A stretch of DNA of 64,000 nucleotides from Bacteroidales bacterium (GTDB taxonomy: Bacteria; Bacteroidota; Bacteroidia; Bacteroidales; VadinHA17). The translations under genes and the position numbers were made by a program. Position 1 is the stretch's first letter. Every line of letters starts with the position of its first letter. This document shows, piece by piece, positions 1 through 9,872 of this stretch. The DNA lies in assembly GCA_025454755.1 (NCBI GenBank), contig JALONV010000001.1, positions 11,950 through 75,949 on the forward strand, in the 5' to 3' direction. Under the pieces are notes generated by a model that had not been told where the DNA came from, made no database searches, and saw only the letters and a program-made list of their open reading frames with translations.

Positions 1-701
1 CTCTGAATTGTGGAATTGAAGAAGCTTCATGCAAATACATCATGAGAGTAGATCCGGACGATTATATTGATGAAAGAAGGATTGAGATTCAGTACAATTT
101 TTTGGAGAATAATCCTGATATAGATGTCCTGGGATCTAATTGTAAATATTACAATGAGAACTTAAATAAATATGTTGCCACATCAAATGTCAAAATTGGC
201 CATGATGAGATTGTAAGGCGATATGAAAATGGGGAACACGGAATGATTCATGGAACTATAATGTGCAGGAGGAATGTCTTAAAAACTGTCAAGTACAGCC
301 AGGAGAATTATCCTGCCGAAGAATTTGATATCTTCTCAAGGATGATAGTCGGAGGATATAAATTCCATAACCTCTCAACTCCGCTCTTGACCTACAGGAT
401 CCATAGTAGAAGCGTCTCCAATAAGATGCCTTTTGCGACTGTCAGGAAGATTTATGAACTTAATGAATTGTATTTCAAAAAGAAAAATTCCTTTTTGAAA
501 GTTTTGCGAATGTTTTTATTCCTGAGGCATTACAGAAGTTTCCTTGATGATAAATCGATTTTCAAAAGATATGGATCACTATTTATTTGTATTCTGGTAC
601 GACCTGAAAGTATCCTAAGCAGGATATGGACTGGTATTAAAATATTTTTTAAACATAATAAACAAACAAGAAATGAGGAGTTCAAAATTAGACCTGACTA
701 A
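1..701 (+). CDS. Glycosyltransferase family 2, C-terminal part (5' end outside the window)
   Basis: Frame 3 is open from nt 3. Translation 'LNCGIEEASCKYIMRVDPDDY' is the GT2 NxGxxxAxGxYIxxxDxDD (DxD) region. Track ORF 42..701 is the in-window part. Confidence 0.7.
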   Translation, partial: LNCGIEEASCKYIMRVDPDDYIDERRIEIQYNFLENNPDIDVLGSNCKYYNENLNKYVATSNVKIGHDEIVRRYENGEHGMIHGTIMCRRNVLKTVKYSQENYPAEEFDIFSRMIVGGYKFHNLSTPLLTYRIHSRSVSNKMPFATVRKIYELNELYFKKKNSFLKVLRMFLFLRHYRSFLDDKSIFKRYGSLFICILVRPESILSRIWTGIKIFFKHNKQTRNEEFKIRPD

Positions 702-1392
702 ATACAATACTGATAAAATTGAGTCAGGTTATTTGACACAGTATGATGAAGAATTTGCTTCTCTTGTTCAGGAAGATATTCGCCTGCTTGAATTAGGGAT
801 ACGTGATGGCGGATCATTATTGCTCTGGAAAGATTATTTCCCTGAATCTAAAATTGCAGGAATCGATATTAAATTGCCTGAGCAGTTTCAGTCTGTTCAG
901 GATATATTTCTTTATGAGGGGAGCCAGGCTGATCCGGTCTTTTTAAGCAATGTTGCATCAGAAGTGGCTCCAGACGGATTTGACATAATAATTGATGATG
1001 CTTCACATATAGGAGAACTGACCAGTAAAGCCTTCTGGCACCTCTTTGATAACCATTTAAAGAAAGGCGGAGTTTATGTCATTGAAGATTGGGGAACTGG
1101 CTATTGGTCAGATTGGCCTGATGGCAAAAGTTTCAGACCGCACAGATCATTTCTAAGAGATTTCCGGTTGAGCCTTATGTCAAAGTTTAATTCACTGCGT
1201 CATATACCTTTTAAAATGCCTGTCAGTTCACATAACTATGGGATGGTTGGATTCATAAAGAGTCTGGTTGATGAGCAGGGTGCCTCGGATCTTTCCAGAA
1301 TGAAAATGAGGGAGAAATCAACACGGAGCTCTAAATTTGCGAAGATGATAATATATCCGCACATTGTTTTTATTCACAAATCCAAACAATAA
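673..1392 (+). CDS. Class I SAM-dependent methyltransferase (CmcI/TylF-like)
   Basis: 239-aa ORF. 'LLELGIRDGGSLLLW' resembles SAM-binding motif I and 'IIIDDASH' a post-I/II acidic motif. It sits in the polysaccharide operon and overlaps the upstream gene by 29 nt. Confidence 0.6.
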   Translation: MRSSKLDLTKYNTDKIESGYLTQYDEEFASLVQEDIRLLELGIRDGGSLLLWKDYFPESKIAGIDIKLPEQFQSVQDIFLYEGSQADPVFLSNVASEVAPDGFDIIIDDASHIGELTSKAFWHLFDNHLKKGGVYVIEDWGTGYWSDWPDGKSFRPHRSFLRDFRLSLMSKFNSLRHIPFKMPVSSHNYGMVGFIKSLVDEQGASDLSRMKMREKSTRSSKFAKMIIYPHIVFIHKSKQ

Positions 1393-1468
1393 GTCTGTCC
1401 AAAACATCCTCATTAACACCTGACCTAAAGATTTTTTCAGCCGATGCAGAATGCTGGAAATAACATAA

Positions 1469-2575
1469 TTGTTTTCAATAATAACTTGCAATTTGTCTAA
1501 AATAAGATTGGCAATTATTGGGACACAAGGTGTCCCGGCCCAATATGGAGGTTTTGAGACTTTAGTTGAATATCTGGTTACTTATCTGGCTAAAGAGTTT
1601 GATATCACTGTTTTTTGCTCCTCAAAGATCTATGGGGAAAGGATATCAACCTATAATGGATGCAGATTAGAATATATCCCTATTTATCCAAATGGATATC
1701 AAAGTATTTTTTTCGATTTTTTTTCGATTCTTAAATCATTGAGAAAATGTGATAGAATCTTAATCCTGGGAGTCTCAGGTGGCATATTTTTCCCATTATT
1801 AAAGTCATTCAGCCATAAATTTATATTAAACATTGGTGGACTTGATTGGCAGAGATCAAAGTGGAGCACTTTAACGCAGCGATTTTTGAAATTGTCAGAA
1901 AAGCTGGCTATCTTAAATTCAAGAGACATCGTATCGGATAATTTGGGGATTAAAGACTATATCCAGAATGAATACAAAAGAGATAGTACAATAATAGCTT
2001 ATGGAGGCGATCAGGTCGCATTTTATTCATACAGTGATAATGATCTTGCGAAATATCCATTTCTGAATAGGGATTATGCTTTCTCTGTTGCCAGAATTCA
2101 ACCAGATAATAATATAGAATTGATTCTTGATGCCTTCATTAATAATACTGTTATACCAATTGTTTTTGTCGGAAACTGGAATAACTCAAAATATGGACGA
2201 AATATCAAAGACTATTATTCAAAATATGAAAATGTATTTCTTTTAAATGCAATTTATAATAGACACGAACTTGACATTTTGCGGTCTAATTGCAAGGTCT
2301 ATATTCATGGACATTCTGCAGGAGGTACAAATCCCGCACTGGTCGAAGCAATGAGCCTTGGTCTTCCTGTTTTAGCTTATTCTTCGATCTTTAATATCAA
2401 TACAACCCAAAATTCAGCTTTGTTTTTTGCGACCAGCGAGGAATTAAAAGAAAAGTTAATTATTAGGGATCAAGAAGTATATCAAAATATCGGTAAGTGT
2501 TTAAAAAATATTGCCAGAACTAATTATACATGGGAAATAATATCAAGCAAATATGCAGAAATAATAAAAAGATAG
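1469..2575 (+). CDS. Glycosyltransferase (GT1/GT4 fold) with DUF1972-like N-terminus
   Basis: 'LAIIGTQGVPAQYGGFETLVEYL' is typical of the DUF1972 N-terminal domain. The C-terminal 'GGTNPALVEAMSLGLPVLA' is a GT-B EX7E-type region. There is no ATG near the start; the TTG at 1469 or 1508 are candidates, so the start is uncertain. Confidence 0.65.
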   Translation: MFSIITCNLSKIRLAIIGTQGVPAQYGGFETLVEYLVTYLAKEFDITVFCSSKIYGERISTYNGCRLEYIPIYPNGYQSIFFDFFSILKSLRKCDRILILGVSGGIFFPLLKSFSHKFILNIGGLDWQRSKWSTLTQRFLKLSEKLAILNSRDIVSDNLGIKDYIQNEYKRDSTIIAYGGDQVAFYSYSDNDLAKYPFLNRDYAFSVARIQPDNNIELILDAFINNTVIPIVFVGNWNNSKYGRNIKDYYSKYENVFLLNAIYNRHELDILRSNCKVYIHGHSAGGTNPALVEAMSLGLPVLAYSSIFNINTTQNSALFFATSEELKEKLIIRDQEVYQNIGKCLKNIARTNYTWEIISSKYAEIIKR

Positions 2576-2578
2576 ATC

Positions 2579-3616
2579 ATGGGAATTATCAGAGTAGGAA
2601 TTATTGGATTAGGCCGTATGGGTATGACTCATTTTTCCATATTGAATCCAAGGAAAGATGTTGAAATTGTCGCGGTTGCCGAATCATCTGGCTTAATTAG
2701 ATCTATATTGGGTAAATATATACCAGATATAAAATTGTTTGAGGATTATAAAGAGTTGCTGGATGCAGGGATAGTTGACGCAATAATTGTATGTACTCCA
2801 CCTAATTACCATTATCCGGTTATTAAAATGGCAGGACAGAGGGGTATACACGTTTTTTCTGAGAAACCATTCACGACAAAATCAAGTGAAGGAAGTGAAC
2901 TTTCGAAGGATTTTATAGGGAAAGGATTGGTTAATCAGGTTGGATATGTTAATCGTTATAACGATATCTTTTTGAAAACCAGGGAGATATTAGAGTCGGG
3001 TATAATTGGACAGGTTATGAGATTCAGCTCCGAAATGTATAGTGCTACTGTCATCAAACCAGAGAGTGGTGATGGTTGGAGGTCCTCAACGAAACATGGT
3101 GGTGGAGTAGTTTATGAAATGGCATCCCATTCAATTGACCTGGTGAACTTCCTGATTGGGAAGCCCGACAAAGTGATCGGATCGGTTCTTAGCCGTGTAT
3201 ATTCAAAAAATGTTGATGATATCGTATCTTCAACATTTACGTATAAAAACGGAGTTGCGGGCACTATTTGCGTTAATTGGAGTGATTCGAGCTTCAGGAA
3301 ACCAACCAATAAAATTGAAATAGCAGGAACGGAAGGAAAAATACTGGCAGACCAGCATAGTTTAAAGATATTCCTAAGTTCTGAAAATCCTGCCCTAAAT
3401 CTTATCAAAGGTTGGAATACTTTTCATATTACTGACATATTTCGTCCGGTTCCATTTTATGTTCGTGGCAATGAATTTACCAGGCAATTATATGAGTTTA
3501 TTGATTGTATTCAGGGTGAAGCAAACAGAAATCTTTGCACTTTCGGCGATGGAGTTAATACCCTGCAGATAATTGAAGCAATATTTGAAGATTATTACAA
3601 AAACTCGACTCTGTAG
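2579..3616 (+). CDS. Gfo/Idh/MocA family NAD(P)-dependent oxidoreductase
   Basis: N-terminal Rossmann motif 'VGIIGLGRMG' and the 'VFSEKP' motif typical of the family. 345 aa. Confidence 0.8.
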   Translation: MGIIRVGIIGLGRMGMTHFSILNPRKDVEIVAVAESSGLIRSILGKYIPDIKLFEDYKELLDAGIVDAIIVCTPPNYHYPVIKMAGQRGIHVFSEKPFTTKSSEGSELSKDFIGKGLVNQVGYVNRYNDIFLKTREILESGIIGQVMRFSSEMYSATVIKPESGDGWRSSTKHGGGVVYEMASHSIDLVNFLIGKPDKVIGSVLSRVYSKNVDDIVSSTFTYKNGVAGTICVNWSDSSFRKPTNKIEIAGTEGKILADQHSLKIFLSSENPALNLIKGWNTFHITDIFRPVPFYVRGNEFTRQLYEFIDCIQGEANRNLCTFGDGVNTLQIIEAIFEDYYKNSTL

Positions 3617-3617
3617 G

Positions 3618-4496
3618 ATGGAAAAAATTGACAAAATAGTATTCGGTGATAATCAGTTCTTTGGGATCAATCACATGTCTCAGGAGAAAGCGCAACAGCT
3701 TTCTGAAAAATTTAGAGACCTAAACAGAATTATTGAAATCTATGATATAGCACTTGGCCTGGGGATTAATAGCATAATGTTAAATAGCAATGACAGGGCA
3801 AGAGAGATTTGTAACTACTTTCGGAATAATGCTTCCCGATATTCTGACATAAAATGGTATCCTTCAATACCATATCCTCATAAATATGCAAACCTTGTGG
3901 CTGAAAAAGGGATTGTTCAGACAATTAATGAGTTGGTATTTAAAGGCAATACTGTTTCTGACATATTAGGAATGATATCTAAAGGAGGAGCTGTTCTTTT
4001 TAATAAGGATGTTATTAAAATTATGAAGCTGCTTATCGATCTGGAGATGAGAATATTCGAAGGTTTAGACATTAAGGTGGTTTTTCTTCAAAATATAATT
4101 ACTGATCTTATACTTGGATTTAGCATTAGTGAGGTTTTTAAAGAGTATTGCAACTATATAAGAAAGCGCTATAAAGCAATTCCTGGTTTAATCACTCAAA
4201 ATATGCCATACCTGTTAGACAAACTTAATGAGTGGGGAATTGATAATGTTGTAATATGCAGCTCTTTCAATAAAATTGGATACCTAATGTCACCGGACAT
4301 TAATTCATATGTACTGGCATCAAAAAACAATAATCCGGAAAAGATCCAAATAATGGCCATGTCAACACTGGCTTCAGGAGCCATTCCTCCAAATGCAGCA
4401 TATGAATTTATAAACAGGCAAAATATTCAATCAGTCGTTTTCGGAGCTTCTTCAGAAAGAAATATTGAGGAAACGATGTCATTGATAAAACTCTGA
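3618..4496 (+). CDS. Hypothetical protein of the polysaccharide operon (no family recognised)
   Basis: Long ORF co-directional with and tightly packed against its neighbours. The ATG at 3618 lies 2 nt after the upstream stop; the track ORF starts at 3573, inside the upstream gene. No motif recognised. Confidence 0.5.
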   Translation: MEKIDKIVFGDNQFFGINHMSQEKAQQLSEKFRDLNRIIEIYDIALGLGINSIMLNSNDRAREICNYFRNNASRYSDIKWYPSIPYPHKYANLVAEKGIVQTINELVFKGNTVSDILGMISKGGAVLFNKDVIKIMKLLIDLEMRIFEGLDIKVVFLQNIITDLILGFSISEVFKEYCNYIRKRYKAIPGLITQNMPYLLDKLNEWGIDNVVICSSFNKIGYLMSPDINSYVLASKNNNPEKIQIMAMSTLASGAIPPNAAYEFINRQNIQSVVFGASSERNIEETMSLIKL

Positions 4497-4551
4497 ATCC
4501 GTGTAGATTTTACATATTGAAATGAAGCTTCTGGAATTAAAGTTATTTTAG

Positions 4552-6648
4552 ATGGAATTGCTTATCAGTAAAGATAGAAGGATTCAAATTGTAACTTATC
4601 TGTTCAATATTGGAATCCTTTGTTTTGTTTTTCGATCTGCATTACCTTTTCTGAAATATCCTTTTATGTTTCTTTTTTTAACTATTTCTTTATACGTCCT
4701 TGTTGCAGAACGTAAAGTGGCCGGAAAGAAATTGATCACTTTTATTAAAGATTATTACTTAGCATTAATTCTCGGCTTAATACTTATCGCTTATTTTTTC
4801 TTCTCAAATAAAATATACTTATTGGTTTTCAAAGATGTAATTAGTTTTACCATTCTTTTCATAACCTTCTTTATTTTAACAATTCTAAATCCAGGGAAAC
4901 TCCACCTTGAACACTGGATAAAAAGCTTTTCAATCCTCCTGGTAGTATTTGCTTTCATAATTTCAGTGAATGAACTGCTTCTTTTATTTAATATTCTGGC
5001 GCACAAGGTATTATATGCTGATTATCATATATATGAATATTTAAAAAAAGAACTGCAGTATGATTATAATTTTACTCAGGTTCCAGTGATATTTGGCATT
5101 GTTATATTACTTGATTTGATGATCAAGCCTCAGACCCCTAAAAGAAACCTTCTCTATAATATTCTAATACTTACGTTTTTTGTTTCAATCTTCTTTTCCG
5201 GATCAAAGCGTGCATTAATTATCCTGATAGTTACAATTATACTTTTCATAATTACTCAATTATGGAATTATATACGAAAAGGAAACAAAATTAAAATATT
5301 CTGCCAAAACACTAAATTCATCCTTCCGGCATTATTGCTTATCGGTTTGACGCTATATTCCTTTGCCTCCTATGTCCCATACAGATCAAAATGTCAGGTA
5401 TTTGAGCTCATTGGTTCAAAAAATGTCTCAGGTGCTTTTAATAATATTACAGCTAATCTTCTCCGATATTCTAATGCAATGAATAAAGGAATAACACATA
5501 AAGAACTTTTCATTAAGCTGTTTAAACCTGAGTATATGCCGGAGGATCCGGATTGTGGATGGGGAACCAGAATACATCTGACAGTTTTTCCCCTGAAGGG
5601 TGAAAACGTTGATATAGTTCCGGATGGAGCCAAAGGCTACTTGATGGATAAAACCTGTGATGCCCATACCTGGACTGGTAATGCATACTCTTTTACTGTA
5701 ATGGGGAAGGACAAAGTAAAAGCTACAAACATTTTATGTGCCTCCGCTTTTTGTTATGTTTCCGAAGATTTTAATGGAACATATACATTCTTATTTGCAG
5801 AAGGTGCTATAACTGGAGAGAGAGCAGTATATTATAATCTTGAAAAGAAAGGAACTTGGCAGAAATTAAATCTTGAATTGGATTGTACTGATGGAGAAGC
5901 ATTTGCATCAATGTATTTTTCAAAATTTGATGTTACTGATTTTTCCTCCTTAAAGGGATTCGTAATTTTTGCTTATCCGATATTCGAAATAAGAGAGAAG
6001 AAAAAGGTGGATTCAATTTCTTCAATCTCAGCTATACAAAGAAAAACTTTCATTCCCGGTTATCATGTTAGTTTTTTTTTCCATATATATGAATTAAATT
6101 TTGATTCGGGTTTATCTATAAATGTTGAAAAAGATCCCCTGCGAAAATTCGTCTCTAAGTTCATTTCGGAAGATACATCCTATTATGCTTACAGTAAGAA
6201 TCTGGATGTTGATACATTAGGAAGAACTTTTTTTGAATCACGTACCTTAAGATGGCAATTTTCATGGAAAATATTTACACAAGAATATAATATAAAACAA
6301 AAAATATTTGGTGGAGGATTTGATTTTCTAAACTGGTATGGCTTTTATTTTCTTAAAGACAAGACTGCTTCTGATTGGCCACATAATCCTTTCTTGTCAA
6401 TTCTACTATACTCTGGAATTGTTGGACTGATTTTCTATTTGTTATTGCTGTATAAAGTCTTCTATTACTATATAAAATATATCAAGAAATATTTGATTTT
6501 TTTCATCTTCTTCTTAATAACTTTCTCGTTCTCATTTTTCAGTGCAGGAAGCCCCTTCGATCCCCCGGTAATGGGTTTTTTTATCATACTGCCTTTCTTT
6601 TTTCATAGTATTCATAAAAATGACAAAAAATATCACAACATTCAATAG
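4552..6648 (+). CDS. O-antigen ligase/polymerase (Wzy/WaaL) family membrane protein with a very large extracytoplasmic insertion
   Basis: Multiple N-terminal TM helices. 'GSKRALIILIV' and the C-terminal 'FGGGFDFL...WPHNPFLSILLYSGIVGLIFY' match the Wzy_C-type signature (G.G.....HN..L..L...G..G). A Cys-containing soluble segment of about 300 aa lies between them. Confidence 0.6.
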   Translation: MELLISKDRRIQIVTYLFNIGILCFVFRSALPFLKYPFMFLFLTISLYVLVAERKVAGKKLITFIKDYYLALILGLILIAYFFFSNKIYLLVFKDVISFTILFITFFILTILNPGKLHLEHWIKSFSILLVVFAFIISVNELLLLFNILAHKVLYADYHIYEYLKKELQYDYNFTQVPVIFGIVILLDLMIKPQTPKRNLLYNILILTFFVSIFFSGSKRALIILIVTIILFIITQLWNYIRKGNKIKIFCQNTKFILPALLLIGLTLYSFASYVPYRSKCQVFELIGSKNVSGAFNNITANLLRYSNAMNKGITHKELFIKLFKPEYMPEDPDCGWGTRIHLTVFPLKGENVDIVPDGAKGYLMDKTCDAHTWTGNAYSFTVMGKDKVKATNILCASAFCYVSEDFNGTYTFLFAEGAITGERAVYYNLEKKGTWQKLNLELDCTDGEAFASMYFSKFDVTDFSSLKGFVIFAYPIFEIREKKKVDSISSISAIQRKTFIPGYHVSFFFHIYELNFDSGLSINVEKDPLRKFVSKFISEDTSYYAYSKNLDVDTLGRTFFESRTLRWQFSWKIFTQEYNIKQKIFGGGFDFLNWYGFYFLKDKTASDWPHNPFLSILLYSGIVGLIFYLLLLYKVFYYYIKYIKKYLIFFIFFLITFSFSFFSAGSPFDPPVMGFFIILPFFFHSIHKNDKKYHNIQ

Positions 6649-7530
6649 ATGACTGATGAAAAAATATTAATAACCGGTAGCCAGAGCTTCGTGGGAACTA
6701 ATTATATCAGGTATTCAAAATTCAGGAATATAGATGAGGTATCACTGTTTGAAAATACACCGAATGAAATTGATTATAAGAGTTATGATGTAGTAATCCA
6801 TCTTGTTGCAATAGTTCACCAGACTAGAAGAGCTAACGATTCTGAATATTTCAAGATAAACCGTGATCTCTGTATCGAAGTGGCAAAAGAAGCAAAAAGA
6901 GCAGGTGTAAAACAATTCTTATTTCTGAGCACAGTAAAAGTTTATGGAAGTTTTCACTCAAATTCGGAACCCTGGAATGAATCTTCTGCATGCTTCCCGG
7001 AAGACGCTTATGGAAAAAGTAAATATGAAGCAGAGAAAATTCTCAGAACGCTTGAGGATGAGAATTTTACAGTCTCAATAATCCGAACACCTCTGGTATA
7101 TGGCGAAGGAGTCAGGGCAAATATGAAAAGTATTATAAAACTAGTAGAAAAATCTATAATCCTTCCATTCAAGGATATCCGGAATAAAAGAAACTTTACT
7201 TCAGCAGAAAATCTTGTTGCATTTATTGACAGGATAATCGATCTTAATGCTTCAGGAACTTTCATTGCAATGGATAAAATTGCGATCTCAACCACAGATC
7301 TTGTTAAAATGATCTCAGAGAACCTTGGCAGGAAAATCTATTTATTCCGGACTCCCAATTTTATTATTAAAATTGGTATGATAATAATGCCTTCCTTTTT
7401 TGAAAGATTGTATGGATCTTATGAGATGGATAATTCTGACACACTTCGGATACTTGGCTTTGAGCCTCCATTTACTACTCAGGAAAGTATTAAAAAAATG
7501 ATTGGATCTTTAGGGGATGAATCAGCATAA
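6649..7530 (+). CDS. NAD-dependent epimerase/dehydratase (extended SDR)
   Basis: 'ILITGSQSFVG' glycine-rich NAD motif and 'YGKSKYEAE' (YxxxK catalytic motif). It lies directly upstream of the initiating transferase, a common arrangement. Confidence 0.8.
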   Translation: MTDEKILITGSQSFVGTNYIRYSKFRNIDEVSLFENTPNEIDYKSYDVVIHLVAIVHQTRRANDSEYFKINRDLCIEVAKEAKRAGVKQFLFLSTVKVYGSFHSNSEPWNESSACFPEDAYGKSKYEAEKILRTLEDENFTVSIIRTPLVYGEGVRANMKSIIKLVEKSIILPFKDIRNKRNFTSAENLVAFIDRIIDLNASGTFIAMDKIAISTTDLVKMISENLGRKIYLFRTPNFIIKIGMIIMPSFFERLYGSYEMDNSDTLRILGFEPPFTTQESIKKMIGSLGDESA

Positions 7531-8512
7531 ATTATTCCTGGCTGCATTACTATTTCTATCTTACCTTCTGACCTGGGTTACAAGAATAATTGCCCTTCGC
7601 AGGAAAATCATTGATATTCCCAACGACAGAAGCTCTCATATTGATCCAACGCCCAGAGGCGGTGGAATAGCAGTAGTTGTTACATGGTACGCTGGAGTTG
7701 CTTTCCTTTATTTCTGTGGCCTTCTCGAAAGTAACCTCTTTTTTGCTCTGCTTTCCGGGATAATACTTGCCATTGTAAGCTTGCTTGATGACATTATTTC
7801 ACTTAAGCCATTCTTACGCATGATATTCCAGATTTTAACCGCTCTCCTGGCGTTCTATTTTGTGGGAGGAATGAAACCTGTTGTATTGTTCAATGACATT
7901 GCATTACCGGCATTTGTGGTTTATCCAATAGCAATTATCGGAATTGTTTGGTTCATAAACCTTTATAATTTCCTTGATGGGATTGATGGTTATGCCTCCA
8001 TCGAAGCCATCTCACTTGGCGTAGCATTCTACTTGCTTACAGGTAATGTTTTAAATGCTGTAATTGTTGCCTCTGTTATGGGATTCCTGATCTGGAACTG
8101 GCCAAAGGCAAAAATCTTTATGGGCGATGTCGGGAGTACACAACTTGGCTTTATCCTGGTGATACTGGGCATCTATTACCACAATGAACAACAACTATCA
8201 ATCATGTGGTGGCTTGTACTGACTATACCATTCTGGTTCGATGCCACATTAACTCTTTTCCGCCGCTGGAGAAACAAGGAGAAACTGAGTCAGGCACATC
8301 GGAAACATATATACCAGAGGCTGGTACAGTCAGGCTTTTCCCATCTGAAGGTCGATTGTTTTTTAATCCTGATTAATACAATCCTGATAATCAGTGTTTT
8401 TCTGCTGAAGGATAACGAAAACCTTCAACTTCCGGTTTTGATCCTCTCCTTTGGATTATTTTATGCAATTGCTATTTATACCGACAGGAGAAAACCATTC
8501 CCTCGTGATTGA
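7517..8512 (+). CDS. Polyprenyl-phosphate HexNAc-1-phosphate transferase (MraY/WecA/WbpL family)
   Basis: Polytopic membrane protein with 'LLDDIISL' and 'NLYNFLDGIDG' (NxxNxxDGxDG), the hallmark motifs of the family. Confidence 0.8.
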   Translation: MNQHKLFLAALLFLSYLLTWVTRIIALRRKIIDIPNDRSSHIDPTPRGGGIAVVVTWYAGVAFLYFCGLLESNLFFALLSGIILAIVSLLDDIISLKPFLRMIFQILTALLAFYFVGGMKPVVLFNDIALPAFVVYPIAIIGIVWFINLYNFLDGIDGYASIEAISLGVAFYLLTGNVLNAVIVASVMGFLIWNWPKAKIFMGDVGSTQLGFILVILGIYYHNEQQLSIMWWLVLTIPFWFDATLTLFRRWRNKEKLSQAHRKHIYQRLVQSGFSHLKVDCFLILINTILIISVFLLKDNENLQLPVLILSFGLFYAIAIYTDRRKPFPRD

Positions 8513-8533
8513 AATGTGTTCTGCCTCCAGGTA

Positions 8534-9829
8534 ATGAACAAGCCATATACATATTTTTCAAACCTTTTTCTCAGATCAGAACTCTTACGAAGTGCTACTG
8601 TTCTGATATCAGGAACACTCATCGCCCAATTGATATCAATTCTCCTTCAGCCACTCCTGAGAAGACTTTTTACTCCTGAAGCGTTTGGTGTTTATTCCGT
8701 CTATTTAAGTCTTGTAGGTATAATAGTTATTGCTTCGGCGCTCCGTTACGATGATGCCATTGTCCTCCCGAAACATGATAAGGAATCTACTAACCTTCTT
8801 GGACTTTCCCTTATCATAAATATAATTATTAATACTTCCATCTTAATTATTTTACTGTCAGCACGGGATAGTGTCATTGCATTTCTTAATCTACCTGAAA
8901 ATTTTCCGGCCTCACTTCTGGTATTGATCCCGGTCGGCGCTTTTTTATTCACCATGTATGGATCTCTTAACGCCTGGTTGATAAGAAGAAAGAAATATGT
9001 AGCCATATCTGTAAATAAACTCATCCGCAGGAGCATGGAAGGTGCATCCCAGGTGGGACTTGCTCTTCTGAAAATACCTAATGGTCTTATTTACAGTGAT
9101 ATGATCGGACAGACTGCAAATGTCGCAACAGTCGCCGTCCAATCTAGAAGGAATGGTCTCAACCTGAAACTGGTCAGCTATACAAAGCTTAAATATGTAT
9201 TTCACAAATATTCCGAATTCCCGAAATATAATCTGGTACCTGCATTGATGAGTACATGCAGCTGGCTCCTTCCCCCAATATTTATAAATAAATACTTTTC
9301 ACCGGAATCAGCAGGTTTTTTTGATCTCTCAAAACTGGTATTATCAATCCCTCTTGCTTTTGTAGCAGCTTCTCTGACAAATGTCATTCTGCAGAAAGTT
9401 TCCGAAAAATTTAACAAAAGAGAGAGCTTTATTATGGACCTCAAACCGGTAGTAATTATTGTTGGATTAATTGCAGCAGCAGAAATATTGCTGATCTTGT
9501 TATTTGGAGAAGACCTTTTCAGGATCGTTTTCGGGAGACAATGGATTAATTCAGGTGCAATTTCCAGGATAATGGTATGGTCATTCGCGATTAATTTTAT
9601 AGTAGCCTCATTTTCAACCATATTTGTTGCAATGAGAAGAATTAAAACTTACAGTATATGGCAGTTTTGTTATTTTCTTGCAATCATCTCACTTGTCTTT
9701 TTCAAGCATCTGCCACTGGATGATTTTCTCAGAACTTATGTACTGATCGAAGTGATCTGCTACCTGTTTGCAGCACTTATGCTGACTGCCATCATCTATC
9801 GCTACGAGTCAGGGCTGAAGAGCTCCTGA
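8534..9829 (+). CDS. Wzx-type oligosaccharide flippase (MOP superfamily)
   Basis: Hydrophobic protein of about 430 aa with at least 10 predicted TM segments inside a polysaccharide operon. The track ORF starts at a GTG at 8516; the first ATG is at 8534. Confidence 0.65.
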   Translation: MNKPYTYFSNLFLRSELLRSATVLISGTLIAQLISILLQPLLRRLFTPEAFGVYSVYLSLVGIIVIASALRYDDAIVLPKHDKESTNLLGLSLIINIIINTSILIILLSARDSVIAFLNLPENFPASLLVLIPVGAFLFTMYGSLNAWLIRRKKYVAISVNKLIRRSMEGASQVGLALLKIPNGLIYSDMIGQTANVATVAVQSRRNGLNLKLVSYTKLKYVFHKYSEFPKYNLVPALMSTCSWLLPPIFINKYFSPESAGFFDLSKLVLSIPLAFVAASLTNVILQKVSEKFNKRESFIMDLKPVVIIVGLIAAAEILLILLFGEDLFRIVFGRQWINSGAISRIMVWSFAINFIVASFSTIFVAMRRIKTYSIWQFCYFLAIISLVFFKHLPLDDFLRTYVLIEVICYLFAALMLTAIIYRYESGLKSS

Positions 9830-9872
9830 ACAATCTATATCTTTCCTTACATGTACAGTCTTACCTTCGTTT

